A stretch of DNA of 63,479 bases from contig NC_068981.1 of NCBI RefSeq assembly GCF_001194135.2, positions 66,450,404 to 66,513,882 on the forward strand, given 5' to 3'. Numbering within the stretch: the first letter of the stretch is position 1; each line of letters starts with the position of its first letter. Source of the stretch: Octopus bimaculoides. Taxonomy: Eukaryota. The position numbers and the translations under genes were made by a program. The notes beneath the pieces were generated by a model. That model saw nothing but the letters and a program-made list of their open reading frames with translations, did not search any database and was not told where the DNA came from. Shown one piece after another: positions 40,076 to 54,384 of this stretch.

Positions 40076-40159
40076 TAACACTATCCTGAGCCACTCCTTA
40101 ATATCTCCCACCTTAGCCCTCCACATACTGGTATTTCCCATCATAGATTGTGTAATCTA

Positions 40160-40476
40160 GAGTGGAGTGAAAATAAAAAATTGCGGAAAATGAAAATGCC
40201 AGAGGCCTAAAATCTTGCTACATATTACTACTAGAAAAATGCTAAATTTTTGTTTAGATCAGTCAAGGGCATTTACTCCCTCAAACCCCACAAACGCTGC
40301 TATTATAAAAAAAAATTTACAAAAATCCCCCATTTTCGGAGTTTAGGGGGCTTGAGAGAGTAAATGCCCTTGACTGATCTAAGCGAAAATTTAACATTTT
40401 TCTAGTAATCAAATATAGCAACATTTTAGCCCTCAGGCATTTTCAATTTCCACAATTTTTTATTTTCACTCCACCC
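40160..40476. mobile_element. Palindromic MITE, copy 2, inverted relative to copy 1
   Basis: Its asymmetric core (ctcaaaccccacaaacgctgc...ttttcggagtttagggggcttgag) is the reverse complement of the copy 1 core. Confidence 0.75.
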
Positions 40477-40929
40477 TATTACTTAATGTACTGTAAAACT
40501 AAAACTAAGTTTATAAACAATCAATCCTGAGCCACTCCTTAATATCTCCCACCTTAGCCCTCTACATACCAGTATTTCCCATCATCTGCATCCCCAACCT
40601 TGTTCATCATTAGCTACATTAACTTCTACCTCCACCCATTTATTCCCCACCCACACTCTTTTGAAAGCATCCACTCTCACCCCCACCCATGATCCACTGC
40701 CCACTTTCTTGTTTCTTGAGAGTTTGCTCTAGCACCCCATCACTAACTTCCCTTATCTCATTCAGGTATATAGCTCCTCTGTAACAAGACATCTGTGCTT
40801 GTCCCTCAATCATATTCCATTTTTTCAACACCAAGCATACAGCCATCCACTGCCACCTTCTCCTCCTAAGTACTTCCTCTTCATAGCAGGAGCTTTTTCT
40901 TTCTTTTTCTGTCTTGCATGATACAAAGC

Positions 40930-41112
40930 AACCTCACTAGTGCTGGTGGTACAAAAAAAGTACTTAGTACTTTTTGTAAAATGGTTGGCAATAAGTAAGG
41001 CATCCAGCCATAGAAACCATGCCAAAAATGACATTGGAGCTTAACACAGCCCTGTAGCTCATTGGTTCCCTGTCATCTAGCATAGAAAGCAGATGTTAAA
41101 TGACGATGATGA
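40930..41112 (+). mobile_element. Older RTE-tail copy
   Basis: aagggcatccagccatagaaacc...gaaagcagatgttaaatgacgatgatg. Confidence 0.65.
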
Positions 41113-42234
41113 AAGAATGAAAACAGGAAAAGTAACTACTGTCATATTTATAATTTCTTTCATGAACCTCCAGCCTTGACCTAGCAGAATACGCAGGATG
41201 TGAAAGCTAGGAGAGAGAGATCTACACTAGCATCCAGCTGGTACAAATTACAGCTGAGTAGTCTGGTGTAATTTGAAATGAAGTACTTTGGTCAAGGATA
41301 CATATTAACTGGCCCAGGAACTGAACACACAACCTAATGATGATAAATCAAACATCCTAACTATTAGGTCACAAGAATGTTTCCAATCAAAAACACATCT
41401 TGATAATTCTTTTGCAGTTAATTCCTGCTAACTCTTTGGACTGTAGCAGTGTTGGAGCACCCTCTTCAAAAGTTTAATCAACTCCATCAACCTCAGTACT
41501 TTGTAACCATTATATAAATCTTAGAAAAAAAATGAAAAGCAAAATCAATCAGGTGGAAAGGGAAGCAACTGAGAGGCATCAAAATATCACAAGGCACTTT
41601 TATTCAACACTCAGTATTTTGCTATTCCATGCTATTGGACATGCATAAATACAGGCATAATTGAGTGGTTAAGAAGTTCATTTCATAACCATGAGATCCC
41701 TCAACTTGGCACATTTGGCAAGATTTTTTAAACCATAACCTGAAATCAACCGAAGCCTTGTCAGTGAAATGGGGAAGATGAAAACTGTGTTGAAGCCCAT
41801 CAAATGGAGCGTATCTGTAATTCAAGGTAGAAACTGATTTTATCAGAGAAATATATTAAACGTCATTATCCTCAGCATTATCATTATTTAACATCCATTT
41901 TCCATGCTGGCATAGATTGGACAGTTTGACAGGAGCTGGCAAGTCAGAAGATTGAACCAAGCTTTACTGTCTGCTTTACACAGCTAATTAACATGTTCGT
42001 TAAATATGTAGGTAGTTCTGTAGACCAAACAACTGACTGCTCATCATTTTAACTGACAGAGAAGACATCAGAAGTACATACACATCTGTAATTTCTGTAA
42101 ATCAAATGTCATTTTATTTCCCAGAGCTTTGACCAACCCATAGTTTTCACAGGAGACAATGAACTACACAAAGTTAAACTCAGGAACAAGTAACTGCAAA
42201 GTGCATACCTAACCATGCAACAATGCTTGCAGCC

Positions 42235-42400
42235 ATCATCATCATCATTTAATGTCCACTTTCCATGATGGCATGAGTTAGCTGGTTTGACTGGAACTGG
42301 TAAGCCAGAAAGCTGCACCAGGTTTCAGTCTGATTTGGCAAGGTTTCTACAGCTGGATACCCTTCCTAATGCCAACCACTCCAAGAGTGTAATGGGTTAC
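42235..42400 (-). mobile_element. RTE-tail copy
   Basis: catcatcatcatcatttaatgtccactttccatg... Confidence 0.7.
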
Positions 42401-42671
42401 ATATCTTTCCATGCAAGAGAATTATGAAGCACAATGGCTGTAAACTTAGAAGTGCACTGAATTATTAACTGAAATATCACCCTAAGTTCAAATCTTACTA
42501 CAGCCTTCATGACAAGCTCCTAAACAATGCACATATATCTATTTGCTTCAGTGTGGCCTAGTGGTGGGGAAGAAAAAGAAAAAAACAGGTTTCATTTCCC
42601 TTTTTTGGATGGTTGAATAATTAGCAATCGGCAGGATAAGAGCCGGAGTTGTTTTGTTTATTTTTTGCGTA

Positions 42672-42838
42672 CTCTCAGAGTGGTTGGCGTTAGGAAGGGC
42701 ATCCAGCTGTAGAAACTCTGCCAAATCAGATTGGAGTCTGGTGTAGCCATCTGGTTTCACCAGTCCTCAGTCAAATCGTCCAACCAATGCTAGCATGGAA
42801 AGCGGATGTTAAACAATGATGATGATGATGATGATGAT
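42672..42838 (+). mobile_element. Young RTE-tail copy
   Basis: actctcagagtggttggcgttaggaagggc...aaacaatgatgatgat. Confidence 0.8.
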
Positions 42839-42949
42839 CTCAATATTTGAAGAAAAATAGTTTTCTGAATTTGATGAAGGGCCCTGCTTAAGTCATGCCT
42901 TTCTTCTTCCCCACAGCAGAGAGATAATCTAAAAAGGCTTGTCAGTCTA

Positions 42950-43310
42950 CCTAATGGCCCCCAGCAGACAAAATGGAAAAGGCATTGCTCAGGAGGATGG
43001 TGAGGGAGATGCACTGGATCAGCCGCTCTGACTCCCAGGGCTTGCACTTATGGATAGCTATCTCCACCTTGATAGCGGTGAGTAGGGATGTGGTCCAGGG
43101 GGCCAAGGACACAGATCTCCACTGCCACAGGCTCGACCACAAACCTGTCAGAAGAGAGCAACTGATACTCTGACAGTTTGCCCTTCTCAGCCTGATGAAC
43201 AGTGGAGCCTGGGCTGGTAGCTGAACACACCAAGTTTCTACTGGAGGTGTCACAGCATGCAGCATCCCAGATGGAGGGGGGGGGGGTGCCTACCACCACG
43301 GGACAGGAAA
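42950..43310 (-). mobile_element. 3' fragment of a CRE-like non-LTR retrotransposon (restriction-like endonuclease domain), frameshifted
   Basis: GC-rich island. Minus frames give IWDAACCDT...PGSTVHQAEKGKLSEY...DRFVVEPVAVE..VLG and RLIQCISLTILLSNAFSIL, resembling the WDAT..DT / AE..K..KY / F.P.AVET.G..G / QR.S.A..RGNA pattern of CRE-clade RLE termini as I recall it. Confidence 0.65.
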
Positions 43311-44194
43311 ATTGTTCGTCTACAAAAACAATTGCTCCAATAGAAAACCAATATAAGAATAGAAAAATGGTAGAAAATAATCATAAAAAGAGAATATATT
43401 TTAATTAATACAAATTAGCACAAGTGTTGACCTTTAATTATATCAAGAGTGAATGAAATTGACTGTAAGAATATATATTTTTACCAGTTTAACAAGTAAG
43501 CCAATTAGTTACAAACATATGTGTACAGTTTTATATATGTTGTACAAACTCATATAAACTAGGTCACTTCAAAGTCCCTATACATTTAAGTGGATAATTT
43601 TACAAATACAGTTTGTGGAAAATGCAAATATTATGAAGACAATTTCAAACTAGTTTAAGAGAAATATAAATAAATAAATAGAGCAAATTCACACAGCAAA
43701 GATTTTCAGTGTTCACCCCTCCCCACCCTCGCATCAGAGTGCTATGTACAACTTCCCGTTAACATAGAAACTTTTCATTTGAGTATCTAAATTCTTAATG
43801 ACCTCAAGAATACAAGTATGGAAATCCAGTTGCGTTAGATGTAAATTCTACATTAAATGTGAAGTATACTCTTTTATAGTTTTACTTGTCTCAGTCAGTT
43901 GACTACGGTCATGCTGGGGCACCACATTGAGGGGTTTTTAGTCAAACAAATCGACCCCAGGACTTATTTTTTTTAAAGTCTAATACTTATTCTAGCAGTC
44001 TCTTTTGCCAAACTGTTAAGTTACAGGGACATAAACACACCAACACCGATGGGATTGTATAGTCTTTGAATGACGTCGATAGGTTGGTATAAGAGGTCAG
44101 ATCTGATCAGTTTGAATAGAAAACAAGTAGAATATTTGGGCTGGATATGGCTGGTTTAAATGCTAAAGGATTAACCCGTCATCTCCTAGCATAA

Positions 44195-44402
44195 AGCTGC
44201 CTCTCTCAGGCAATAGTGCTGGTGGCACAAAGAAAAAAAAAGTACCCAGTGCACAATGTAAAGTGGTTGACATTTGGAAGAGCATCTAGCTGTAGAAACC
44301 AAGCCTAAGTAGAAAGTGGAACACAATGAAATCCTTGGACTAGTCAGTTCCAGTGAAGTTGTCCAACTCATGCCAGCATGGAACATGGATGTTAAATGAT
44401 GT
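44195..44402 (+). mobile_element. Older RTE-tail copy
   Basis: gagcatctagctgtagaaacc...catggaacatggatgttaaatgatg. Confidence 0.6.
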
Positions 44403-44765
44403 GAAAAAACGGACAATAATTCAGCTAGCATAGATTATCCCTTCTACTCAAGAGGACACAGTAAAGCAGGAGCCAAGAGTTTTACACATTCTGTTAATCT
44501 GCTAGAAATAGTAACTAAATTTTCCTGAGGATGCATCCTATCTTTTTAACAGAAATAAAGTAAGGATGCACTACTGATCAAAGACTAAACATCTGAAACA
44601 TGAAGTTACATGATAACCAACATTCTTAGACTTATGCAATAAAACTGGAATTCTCAGCGAGGAAAAAAAAACAATATAAACAGAAAGACTGCAAAAAATA
44701 AATCAAATATATACGATGATGATGAACATGTGATTCCCTAGCAGAACCAAAATTTAATGACTGGA

Positions 44766-44780
44766 AAGAGAGAGAGAGAT

Positions 44781-44825
<45 letters not shown>
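44766..44825. repeat. (AG)n microsatellite next to gap 44826-45099
   Basis: Directly visible. Confidence 0.95.
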
Positions 44826-45862
44826 NNNNNNNNNNNNNNNNNNNNNNNNNNNNNNNNNNNNNNNNNNNNNNNNNNNNNNNNNNNNNNNNNNNNNNNNNNN
44901 NNNNNNNNNNNNNNNNNNNNNNNNNNNNNNNNNNNNNNNNNNNNNNNNNNNNNNNNNNNNNNNNNNNNNNNNNNNNNNNNNNNNNNNNNNNNNNNNNNNN
45001 NNNNNNNNNNNNNNNNNNNNNNNNNNNNNNNNNNNNNNNNNNNNNNNNNNNNNNNNNNNNNNNNNNNNNNNNNNNNNNNNNNNNNNNNNNNNNNNNNNNT
45101 GTGTGCGAGTGGGGGGTTTGTTTATGTAACCCATACCCCAACATATCAGTCCAGCAAAAAGAAAGAGGCTAATAGATCAAGTACCAAACTTAGAAAATAA
45201 TTATTGGGGTTGATTTGATTGATGAAAAACAATCCCTTCAAGCAGGTGCCCCAGCATGGCCACATAAAACAGCTGACATAAAATACATGTGGAGGGAGGA
45301 AGGGAAGTAGGGATGGCAGGATAGACAGAAAAACTTAGACAATGCATAGCCTGGTTCGTCATAGAATTTTATTTCGTCAGCACAGATTCAAAACCTAGCT
45401 ATAAAAGTTCTCTTGTAGCAGACACTTCAAGTTAAACAGAAACTATAGACAGGCAAGATTTTTATTTTTATTTCTCAGTTGTCAAAACAGCAACTTTACG
45501 ATTATGATAACACACAAGATTAATCACTCTGCAGGATCATAAAGAAGACCTATCATTGATTAAGAGTGCATTTTCGTTATGGAAGCACAGAAGAGAAGCA
45601 ACTCCTGCAGAATGCATATGCCAAGCAAAGACTACCTAGTTTATGACTCAGCTCTGTGTCTTCCTTTACCCTCATAGTAGCAGCAATCTTTTAAATATGG
45701 TTTTAGGGGAGGAATGCTGTGTGTGTCAGCTGTTTCAAATTTCATAGCAAAACATACACATATACATTCATATATGTTCAGCATATTAGAATGTGTGTGT
45801 ACGTATATACATACATATATATACACACATATACACAGAATTGTGTTTGTGTGTTTATGTAT

Positions 45863-46365
45863 ACTTTTATTCTTTTACTTGTTTCAGTCATTTGACAGTG
45901 ACCATGCTGGAGCACTACCTTTAGTCAAACAAATCAAACCCAGGACTTATTCTTTGAAAGCCTAGTACTTATTCTATCATTCTCTTTTGCTGAACCACTA
46001 AGTTACGGGGACGTAAACATACCAACATCTATTGTCAAGCGATGGTGGGGGTTACAAATACAGATACCCAAACATATATATATATAAACACACAATATAT
46101 GAGCCTGGTGTAGCCATCTGGTTTCACCAGTCCTCAGTCAAATTGTCCAACCCATGCTAGCATGGAAAGCGGACGTTAAACGACGATGATGATATATATA
46201 TACAAACACACAACAGGTTTCTTTCAGTTTCTGTCTACCAAATCCACTCTCAAGGCTTTGGTCAGCCCGGGGCTATAGTAGAAGACACTTATCTAAGGTG
46301 CCACGTAGTGGGACTGAACCTGGAACCATGTAGTTGGGAAGCAATCTTCTTACCACACAGCCACT
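45863..46365 (-). mobile_element. Full SINE family A with a ~95-nt young RTE tail (46101-46195, plus) inside its (TA)n hinge
   Basis: SINE halves flank gagcctggtgtagccatc...aaacgacgatgatgat. The flanks atatatataaacaca / atatatatacaaacaca resemble a TSD. Confidence 0.85.
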
Positions 46366-47049
46366 TACATTAAATTGTTTTAAAGGTTGAACTTAAAATA
46401 GGTTTTGGTCGGCCCAGGGCTACAGTAGAAAATAATTTCTAAACATACACAGCACAAGATGTTCACAAAAAAACATTTGAAGAAAAATACGTTGGGGACT
46501 CAACAAAATTGTAATATCATAATAGGGTATATTCTTACCACAAAAGATGTTGATAACAGTGTGAGAAGTATTAGAAATGGTGGAATGAGCCTTGCTAGGA
46601 GGATGTAGGAGACTATTTCCTATTGTATAGTTCATAAAATTACTTGAAGGGAGTGAAGAACTTTAACCAAATTTGCTTGATCTTTATGGCTCATCATTTC
46701 TTTGTACAGCTCAGTGTAGGAACAAGAGGAACTAACTGTAAGCTCCTCTTGTAATTTTTATGATTAGAGTGTCAGGCTCATGATCATGAGGTAGTAAGTT
46801 CAATTCCTGGACTGGGCCTTGTGCTGTGTTCTTGAGCAAGACACTTTATTTCACATTGCTCCAGTTCATTCAGCTGTATCAGCCTTTGCCTTTCCTTTGG
46901 ATAACATTGGTGGCATGAAGAAGAGAGGCTGGTATGCATGAGCAACTGCATAAACCTTGCCTAGACTTGTGCCTCTGAGGGGAACTTTCTAGGCACAATC
47001 CAGTGGTCATTCTTAACCGGAGGGGGTCTTAGTCACAATTAGGGTTGTT

Positions 47050-48330
47050 CTCATCTAACAGCACCAGCTGCTAGTTGTAACACTAGCAACTCATCCACAT
47101 CATCCTCTACAACTTCTTCAAACCCTACACATTTTGCAAGTGTCACAATACCTTTCCAAATTAAATGTAGACCTTCAGTCTGTGGGAAACTTGCATTATC
47201 ATGAATACAATCAGACCATATATTTTTCAAGAACCATTCAAAGCTGAGAATTTCACTTAATTCCATGATTCAACCTTGTTACTCACAGCATCTATTATGT
47301 TGAACTTTTTCTAAAAGTCTTTAACTGTTAATTGCTTTCATAAAGTGCTTAAAAATTCTTCTCAGATAATATGCCTTGAAGTTAGCTATCAAACCTTGAT
47401 CCACTGGTTGGAGCAAAGGAGTTGTATTCTTAGAGATATGGTTTAGAGTATTGTCTAAGGAACAATGCTATGCAAGAAATATCATGTCTGGCACTGAAAA
47501 TTTCTCCAGCAGGACAGAAAAATGCTTGTAAACCACCCTTTGAAAAAAGCTCTTACTGATCTATACCTTCTTATTTGAATACCAAATCAGAGGAAGATTA
47601 AAATTTGTGAAACCCTTGAAAGCAACTGGATTTTTGAAGTGATACATGAGTAAGAGTTTTAATTTTATATCACCAGTAGCATTTCCTCCCAGAAGAAGCA
47701 TCAGCAGATTTTTGGAGGCTTTTAAATTCTGGTGTTGATTTTACTTCTTGAGAAACGAAACTTCTAAATGGCATACAGTGCCATAAAAGTGCAGTTTCAA
47801 AATTGTATACTTGCTCTGGTGTGTTACCCACTACGCTAATCATTTTTTCAACTGTTCAAGATATCTGCTCACAGCCTCTATGTCAGCAGAGGCAGCTTCA
47901 TCAGTCACACTTTTTTGTTGTACAAATTTAAGTGCTTCTTCACTAACCAGAAAAAGTTTTTGATTTAGAAGTTTCCCCTTCCTTTTCCTGCAAATCGTTG
48001 TCCTAACTTTTGACATCTTTTTTTTTAATTAAAATCATATTTATTGGCACTTTACATCAAGTCTGATCTTCAATGTATACACTCAAGAGCTGTTCCATTT
48101 CAAAAAAACAAGATCCACATTACATGAAAAAGTAAAGTCTAAGCAGTAAATAGAGTAATTTCTTGAGCACAGGACTTAATTTTCCCCTAATATCATATAT
48201 TGTTTTACTGTAGATGTTGCAGGCAATGTTTTGGCAATGTGGGTGACTTTCTTCTCTTGCCTAAAGCTATTTTAAAACATCAAACTTAATATGCAATGTA
48301 ATCCCTTTACAGTTCCCTTTCACACAACTA
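47050..48330 (-). mobile_element. Decayed Tigger/pogo (CENP-B-like DDE) transposase
   Basis: Minus translations: MEQLLSVYIEDQ (HTH CENP-B-like), TDEAASADIEAV, LLLGGNATGDIKLKLL, NTTPLLQPVDQGLIANFKAYYLRRIFK (DDE_1 signature), GFEEVVEDDVDELL (acidic C-terminus). Stops and frameshifts are present; TIRs not recognised. Confidence 0.85.
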
Positions 48331-48424
48331 CCTTCAGTTCAACTTAATCGCTTCTCTCCAGACATCTTGATATCTAGATAAATCCAACATCAGCACAAAC
48401 ACTGAACAATTATCCACAACAAAC

Positions 48425-48909
<485 letters not shown>

Positions 48910-50399
48910 ATATGTAGTAAAAGTATACAGCATCAGGAAAACCTGTTTTGTGAGAGCAAAAATCTGTCTAATTCCTATGGATGTAAGAATGGAAATGAGA
49001 TGAAAGGGTGAAGGAATGAGATGAAATAAAGTATTGTATGATTACTGTTAGTAGAAGGATTCATGGACACTTCACCCCTTGCACCTGCAAGTTCCATGTT
49101 CTACACACACACACACACACTTGTGTTGTCATATAACACATGTAGCTACACACATTTCTATCATACTGATACTATTATTGTTGTTGCCAGTTGGTTTTGG
49201 TATTGGTACTGTTGGTAGTGGAAGTGTTCAGATTGTGTTAATTATATTGTCATACTATTTAAAATACACTGAGGTACCATATTTTCTGAAGTCACTGTCT
49301 CATTTTAGATGGAATTGCTTATCTTGATCACACTGTTGCTTAATCAGGAGTTGATGGTTGGTGGTGGTACTAGTTCTAGTGGTTTAGGTGTTGATGGTAT
49401 TGACAAATAGACAGACAGACTCACTGTGACTCAAGAAAATCTATATAATACACATAAATATTCACAATGAAAAATTTGACTTCACACTCCATAAGTGTTT
49501 ATAGTGATGCATGATATGAAAACATTTACATACACACATTTTATAAACATCTACATATGTATGTACATCTATGCATAATTATTAGTTTTTCCAAGAACAC
49601 AAATAAGCAACCTTTTACTGAGAAGTGTGGTTTTTAAATTATCAAAGTTTATTAGAGCTGTCATAATGGTGAAATCTCATCCCAAAATTAGTGGCTATTA
49701 TTTACAAATTTCTGTAAGCACAAAGTTCTGCAACCCAAGGTAGTCATAATGCAAGGGATGCCTGTTTGTATAAATACATCTTTTAGTTTCTATCTAGCAA
49801 ATGCACCCACAAGGCTTTGGTCAGCCCAGGAGCAGGAGCCCACGGTGCCATGCAGTAGGACTGAACTTGAAACAGCATGGATGGGAAGCAAAGTCTTAAA
49901 TCACGCAGCTATGCCTATGCTTATTTGCACATTTAATGATATAGTTTACTTGATTATTTTTGGTTCAAGCTGAAAAGATAGAAGAATTAAAACAAATATG
50001 GTGCATAATTGGCTATTTTGTAGGTTTTAGGTAAAAGCAGAGAATTGTCAGAACAATGTAGGCACCAAAAGTCCAAATTTCATGCCTACTATCATACAGC
50101 TCCACCCACTAAGTCATTAACTTTTTCTTAAAGATAAAATGTTTGGGGTTTTGCTACCCACTGGATTGCAAATCCTTAGCCTAATTAGATGGCTATCATA
50201 GGGCAAGCTCCTTCTGTCTAAGTTGCTGAGCTTACATTCTATAAAACCTAGTAAGTTCTTTGTTCTGGACATGCATTCATTCTGTCTCATTGTGCCCTGT
50301 TTCTCAAATTATACATTTAGAAACTATAGGTTGTTGGTTTTTCTTCTCTGATAAAAGGTTCCACCTGGAATGCTAGCCATCACTACTTCATCTTAAGGC

Positions 50400-52090
50400 A
50401 TTATATCAAACCTCTGTTGTTTTTATTTCCAATTTGAATCATTTTCAAACATAAGGCAATCTGAAGAAAAGAGGTGTGGAAACTCAAAGATTGTTTTGCT
50501 AAACATAGGTTTAGAAGGGTTCCAAGTAATTCATGTGTCAAGGAGGAGTTAAAGCCATAACATATAACAACTGATAGGTTCTACGAGACAACATAGAATA
50601 CACAGATCAAAGGTAGTAGTTGGACCAATGTACCAGCCAGACTGAGGGTGATATGGTGTGAGATAGTAGATAAAGCCATAAAAGCTATTAGACAGGTCTG
50701 GAAATATTAGAAGAGGTGAGCAAGGAACAATATCAGGTAGGCAGAAAAGAAACTATGCATCAGGTATAATTCTGGGGGCAGCTGAAAGTAAGTTGGTCAA
50801 TGTTTGGCAATAAGAATATCAGAAGCATGAGATGTTCTGGATAGCTAAGTAGGGTGTCACTATAAATCAAGACATCAAGGAAAAGTGTATATTGAATGAC
50901 AGCAGCACACTTACTCTCACCAATATTAAGAAGCAAGGTGGTGAGCTGGCAGAAACATTAATATGCCAGATAAAATGCTTAGCAGCATTTCATTTGTCTT
51001 TACATTCAAAGTTCAAATTCCACCTAGGTCAACTTACCCTTTCAGGAGTCAATGAAATAAGTACCAGTAGAGCACTGGGGTAGATCCTCTTTTCTGAACT
51101 TGCTGGCCTTGAGCCAACATTTGAAATAAGTGTTAAGAAGGAGCTTTCAAATGTTCAGAGCGGAAGCTGAATGAGTAGAATGAATGAGAACAAGAGAGGG
51201 GCACTGTCTCAAGTACATTCTAAAGGACTAGTTAGTGAAACTAACAGCTGTATAGTCAGAAAGAACATGAAGGCTGGTAAAATAAACTGTCCACCAAGGA
51301 TAGTTATTAAGATGCTGAAAATATCCAGTGAAATAGGGAGAGCACTATAGTCACTCACAGAATCAATCAGGTAGTAGGGGTGTTGCCACACCTCTGACTA
51401 ACAATGACAATGGAGATGCTTTGTAAAGTACTATCTTCAGAGGTATAAAACTGTAAATCTAGCAAAAATAAAAGTTTCAGTTAGCAAAGTGGGTAGGAAT
51501 TCCATAAAATGTACCCAGTGAAAACAATGCCCGAAGAAGAGGTGTAGTGGTATCACAGATAGGTTAACAGATGCACAAGAATAGGTAGAGCAATTTTCGA
51601 AATGATTTCTTTGAAATGTTCAAAAGGCTCCTCAGAAATGAGACTGATAGCTTCTCTAAACAAAATGGCCTAATAAGAAGTGGAAGAGGGTGCACAGAAA
51701 GCATAGTGGTCAGAATAAGAGCTGGGTGGAAAAATTTCAGAAAGCTGTTACCTATGCAAGCAACAAAGGAATCTTCTCTCTGTGTAAAGAGTGGATCATA
51801 TGATGATTGTGTATGTAGTACAATATTGCATGAGCATTGAATACAGATGATGTACAAAGGCTGGGAAAAAGATAATGCAAGAATGTTCTGCATGTAAAAT
51901 GGAGTACAAAAGAGAAAAATTAGGTTATAAGAGAAATCAGATATAGTGTACAAGGAAGATTGTACTGGTACAAACATATGATGTGTATGAAGGATGACAG
52001 ATGGGTAAAGAATTTCTAAGAGATCCAGGTGGAAGGAATCTGCAGAAGACCAAGGAAAATATAGGGATGAGCAGTGAAAAACTGATCTCA
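50400..52090 (+). mobile_element. Old RTE fragments (linker region and C-terminus) with a SINE at about 50930-51130
   Basis: WCEIVDKAIKAIRQVW-like linker near 50650. GRGCTESIVVRIRAGWKNFRKLLP...SLCVKSGSYDDCVCSTILH at 51616-51840. Confidence 0.65.
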
Positions 52091-52619
52091 GGATGTGAAC
52101 CTCATAAAAGAGATGATGAGTGTCCTTAACAAGTAGAGACAATGTTGGAGAAGACCTGTCCAACCCATGCAAACATGGAAAAAATTGAATGTAAAAGTAT
52201 GAGGAGTCGCAGAATCACTATTTGTGTGTAACAGCAGTCTTAGATATTTAAAAAAAAACACATGAAATAAAAATAAAACATGGCCATGTTGCCACAATAT
52301 ATAAGGTAGTGGATCACAAGTTCATATATTAAATTCACTCAAATCCACTGCATGCAATTATTTTAGTGAAGATTTACTCTGGACACATATTTCTAGTAAC
52401 AAGCCTCACTACAGATTGAGACATAGGCTTCCCTAGAGAAAACATGGACTCCACTTCATGTCTTTCTTACAAACATATGCTGCTGCTACATCATAGCAGA
52501 AGATAAGATAAGCAATAACAGAATTATCCAACTGTAAACAAATGTTTAATTTAGTAAAAGCCATCCCCGTTTGGTTAGGTGGGATGGGTCATACAAAAAC
52601 AAATGCTATATATGTATCA

Positions 52620-53020
52620 TCATCATTATCATTTTAATGTTCACTTTTTTATGCTTGCACAAGTCAGACAAAAGTCACTGGGGCAAATTTTTCTATAGCC
52701 AGAGACTTTTCCTGTCACCAGCCCTCACCTGTTTCTAAGCAAAGTAATATTTCCCCCTGGCCAGACATGTTTTCATAGAAGACGTGAAACAAACAACACC
52801 ACTTGTATGATGTTCTTTTACAAATAAAACATGATGTCAAGATAAGGACACACAAACACTTGACAGGCTCCTTTCAGTTTTGGCCTACCAAATCTACTCA
52901 CAAGGCTTTGGCCAGCCTGAGGTTACAGCAGGAGACGTTTGCCTGAGTGTCACAGAGTAGAACTGCACCTGAAACCATGTGAACAAGAAGCAAACTTCTT
53001 AACCACAGAATCAAGGCTGC
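52620..53020 (-). mobile_element. SINE family B
   Basis: Same head plus family B body as 9272-9652. Confidence 0.6.
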
Positions 53021-53754
53021 ATCAACATGCCATGCTTGTGTTGAGAGAGAGGTTGTTTGCAATTGATTAATGTGTCACAAAAGATCATAGTTCAAAGTAC
53101 TTGCTGATGTTTGTCTGTTCTATAAAAATAGATTAAAAGTGAGAAGTAAATAAACCAGTATTATTTTGGTGTACATTCACACTCATAACCTAAAGATTAC
53201 CAGTGGTAAATCCAGTTTTCTTTTCTGCCCATAAATACATATAAATAGCAACCTAATAGAGTAGGGATTCTGAATAAAAACTTATACAGAAAAAAGAGAA
53301 ACTTCTCACTCCTGCTACAGTTAATGTCTTGTAAAACAAAATGTAACTAGTCTAAACAGGAAAGTAGTTGACAGGAAGAACATCCACATGTAAAAACAAT
53401 ATGAGATACACAACAACAAAGATTGGTGGCTTGGCTCCATGGCCGTGAGTGCCAGATGATGAAGGGTAGCAACAAGAGGCAAGACACAGTGAGATCCATC
53501 CAACCAGTGCTAGTATGGAAAAATAAATGGATATAAAATGCATCTACATACATTTAAATTACTCCTCTTCAAATTACACAATCTGTAATTACCAACATAT
53601 GTATTTGCTGGATGAACATAGTTTGATTAAAGTTCAGATTACAGGTATTTAAAATAAAACAGTTTTGCTAAAGTCACTAAAGATTTTTTTTTATCACCAG
53701 AAAAGCTCTTCTTGGGTGTTACCAACATGGCCTGTACACACACACACACACACA

Positions 53755-53811
<57 letters not shown>

Positions 53812-54384
53812 AATTTGCCAACTGTAGAGTAGGAGGTGGAAGAAGATATGTTTTGATGAACTTAGGTGAAACATAACATGTGTACAAAGAAGTAGTTTCT
53901 TGAATACAAATTTGAGAAATGAACATAGCTGTGTAGTTAGGAAGTTTATTTTGCAACAAGGTAGTTTCAGGTTCAATCCCACTGAGCAGTACTTTAAGTA
54001 AGTGCCTTTTACTACACCCTCAGGACAACTGAAGCCTTCTGAATACAATCTGGTAGAGAGAAACTTTGCAGAAGCTCATTAGAGGGAACATTCCTGTTCT
54101 TAGATAACAGACTCAATCTGATAATCCTAATTTTAGAAGCCGACTCTTTTGCAAGTATTCAGGACAAGTCACTAGTCTGAGAGTTAGCTTCCTCCCACCA
54201 GTTTTAGGGGCCCTGAAAAGGATCACAAGCACTGTTCTTCATCTGATGACAAAGAGGCACTTACATATGGCACTTTGGGGCTTCCACAAATTTAAGCTTA
54301 ACAATAAAAACCAAGCTGAAATCATTTTACATCTATTTATGCATGCTGGCATGGAGTGGAAAGATTTGCTCCAGCACAGTAACT

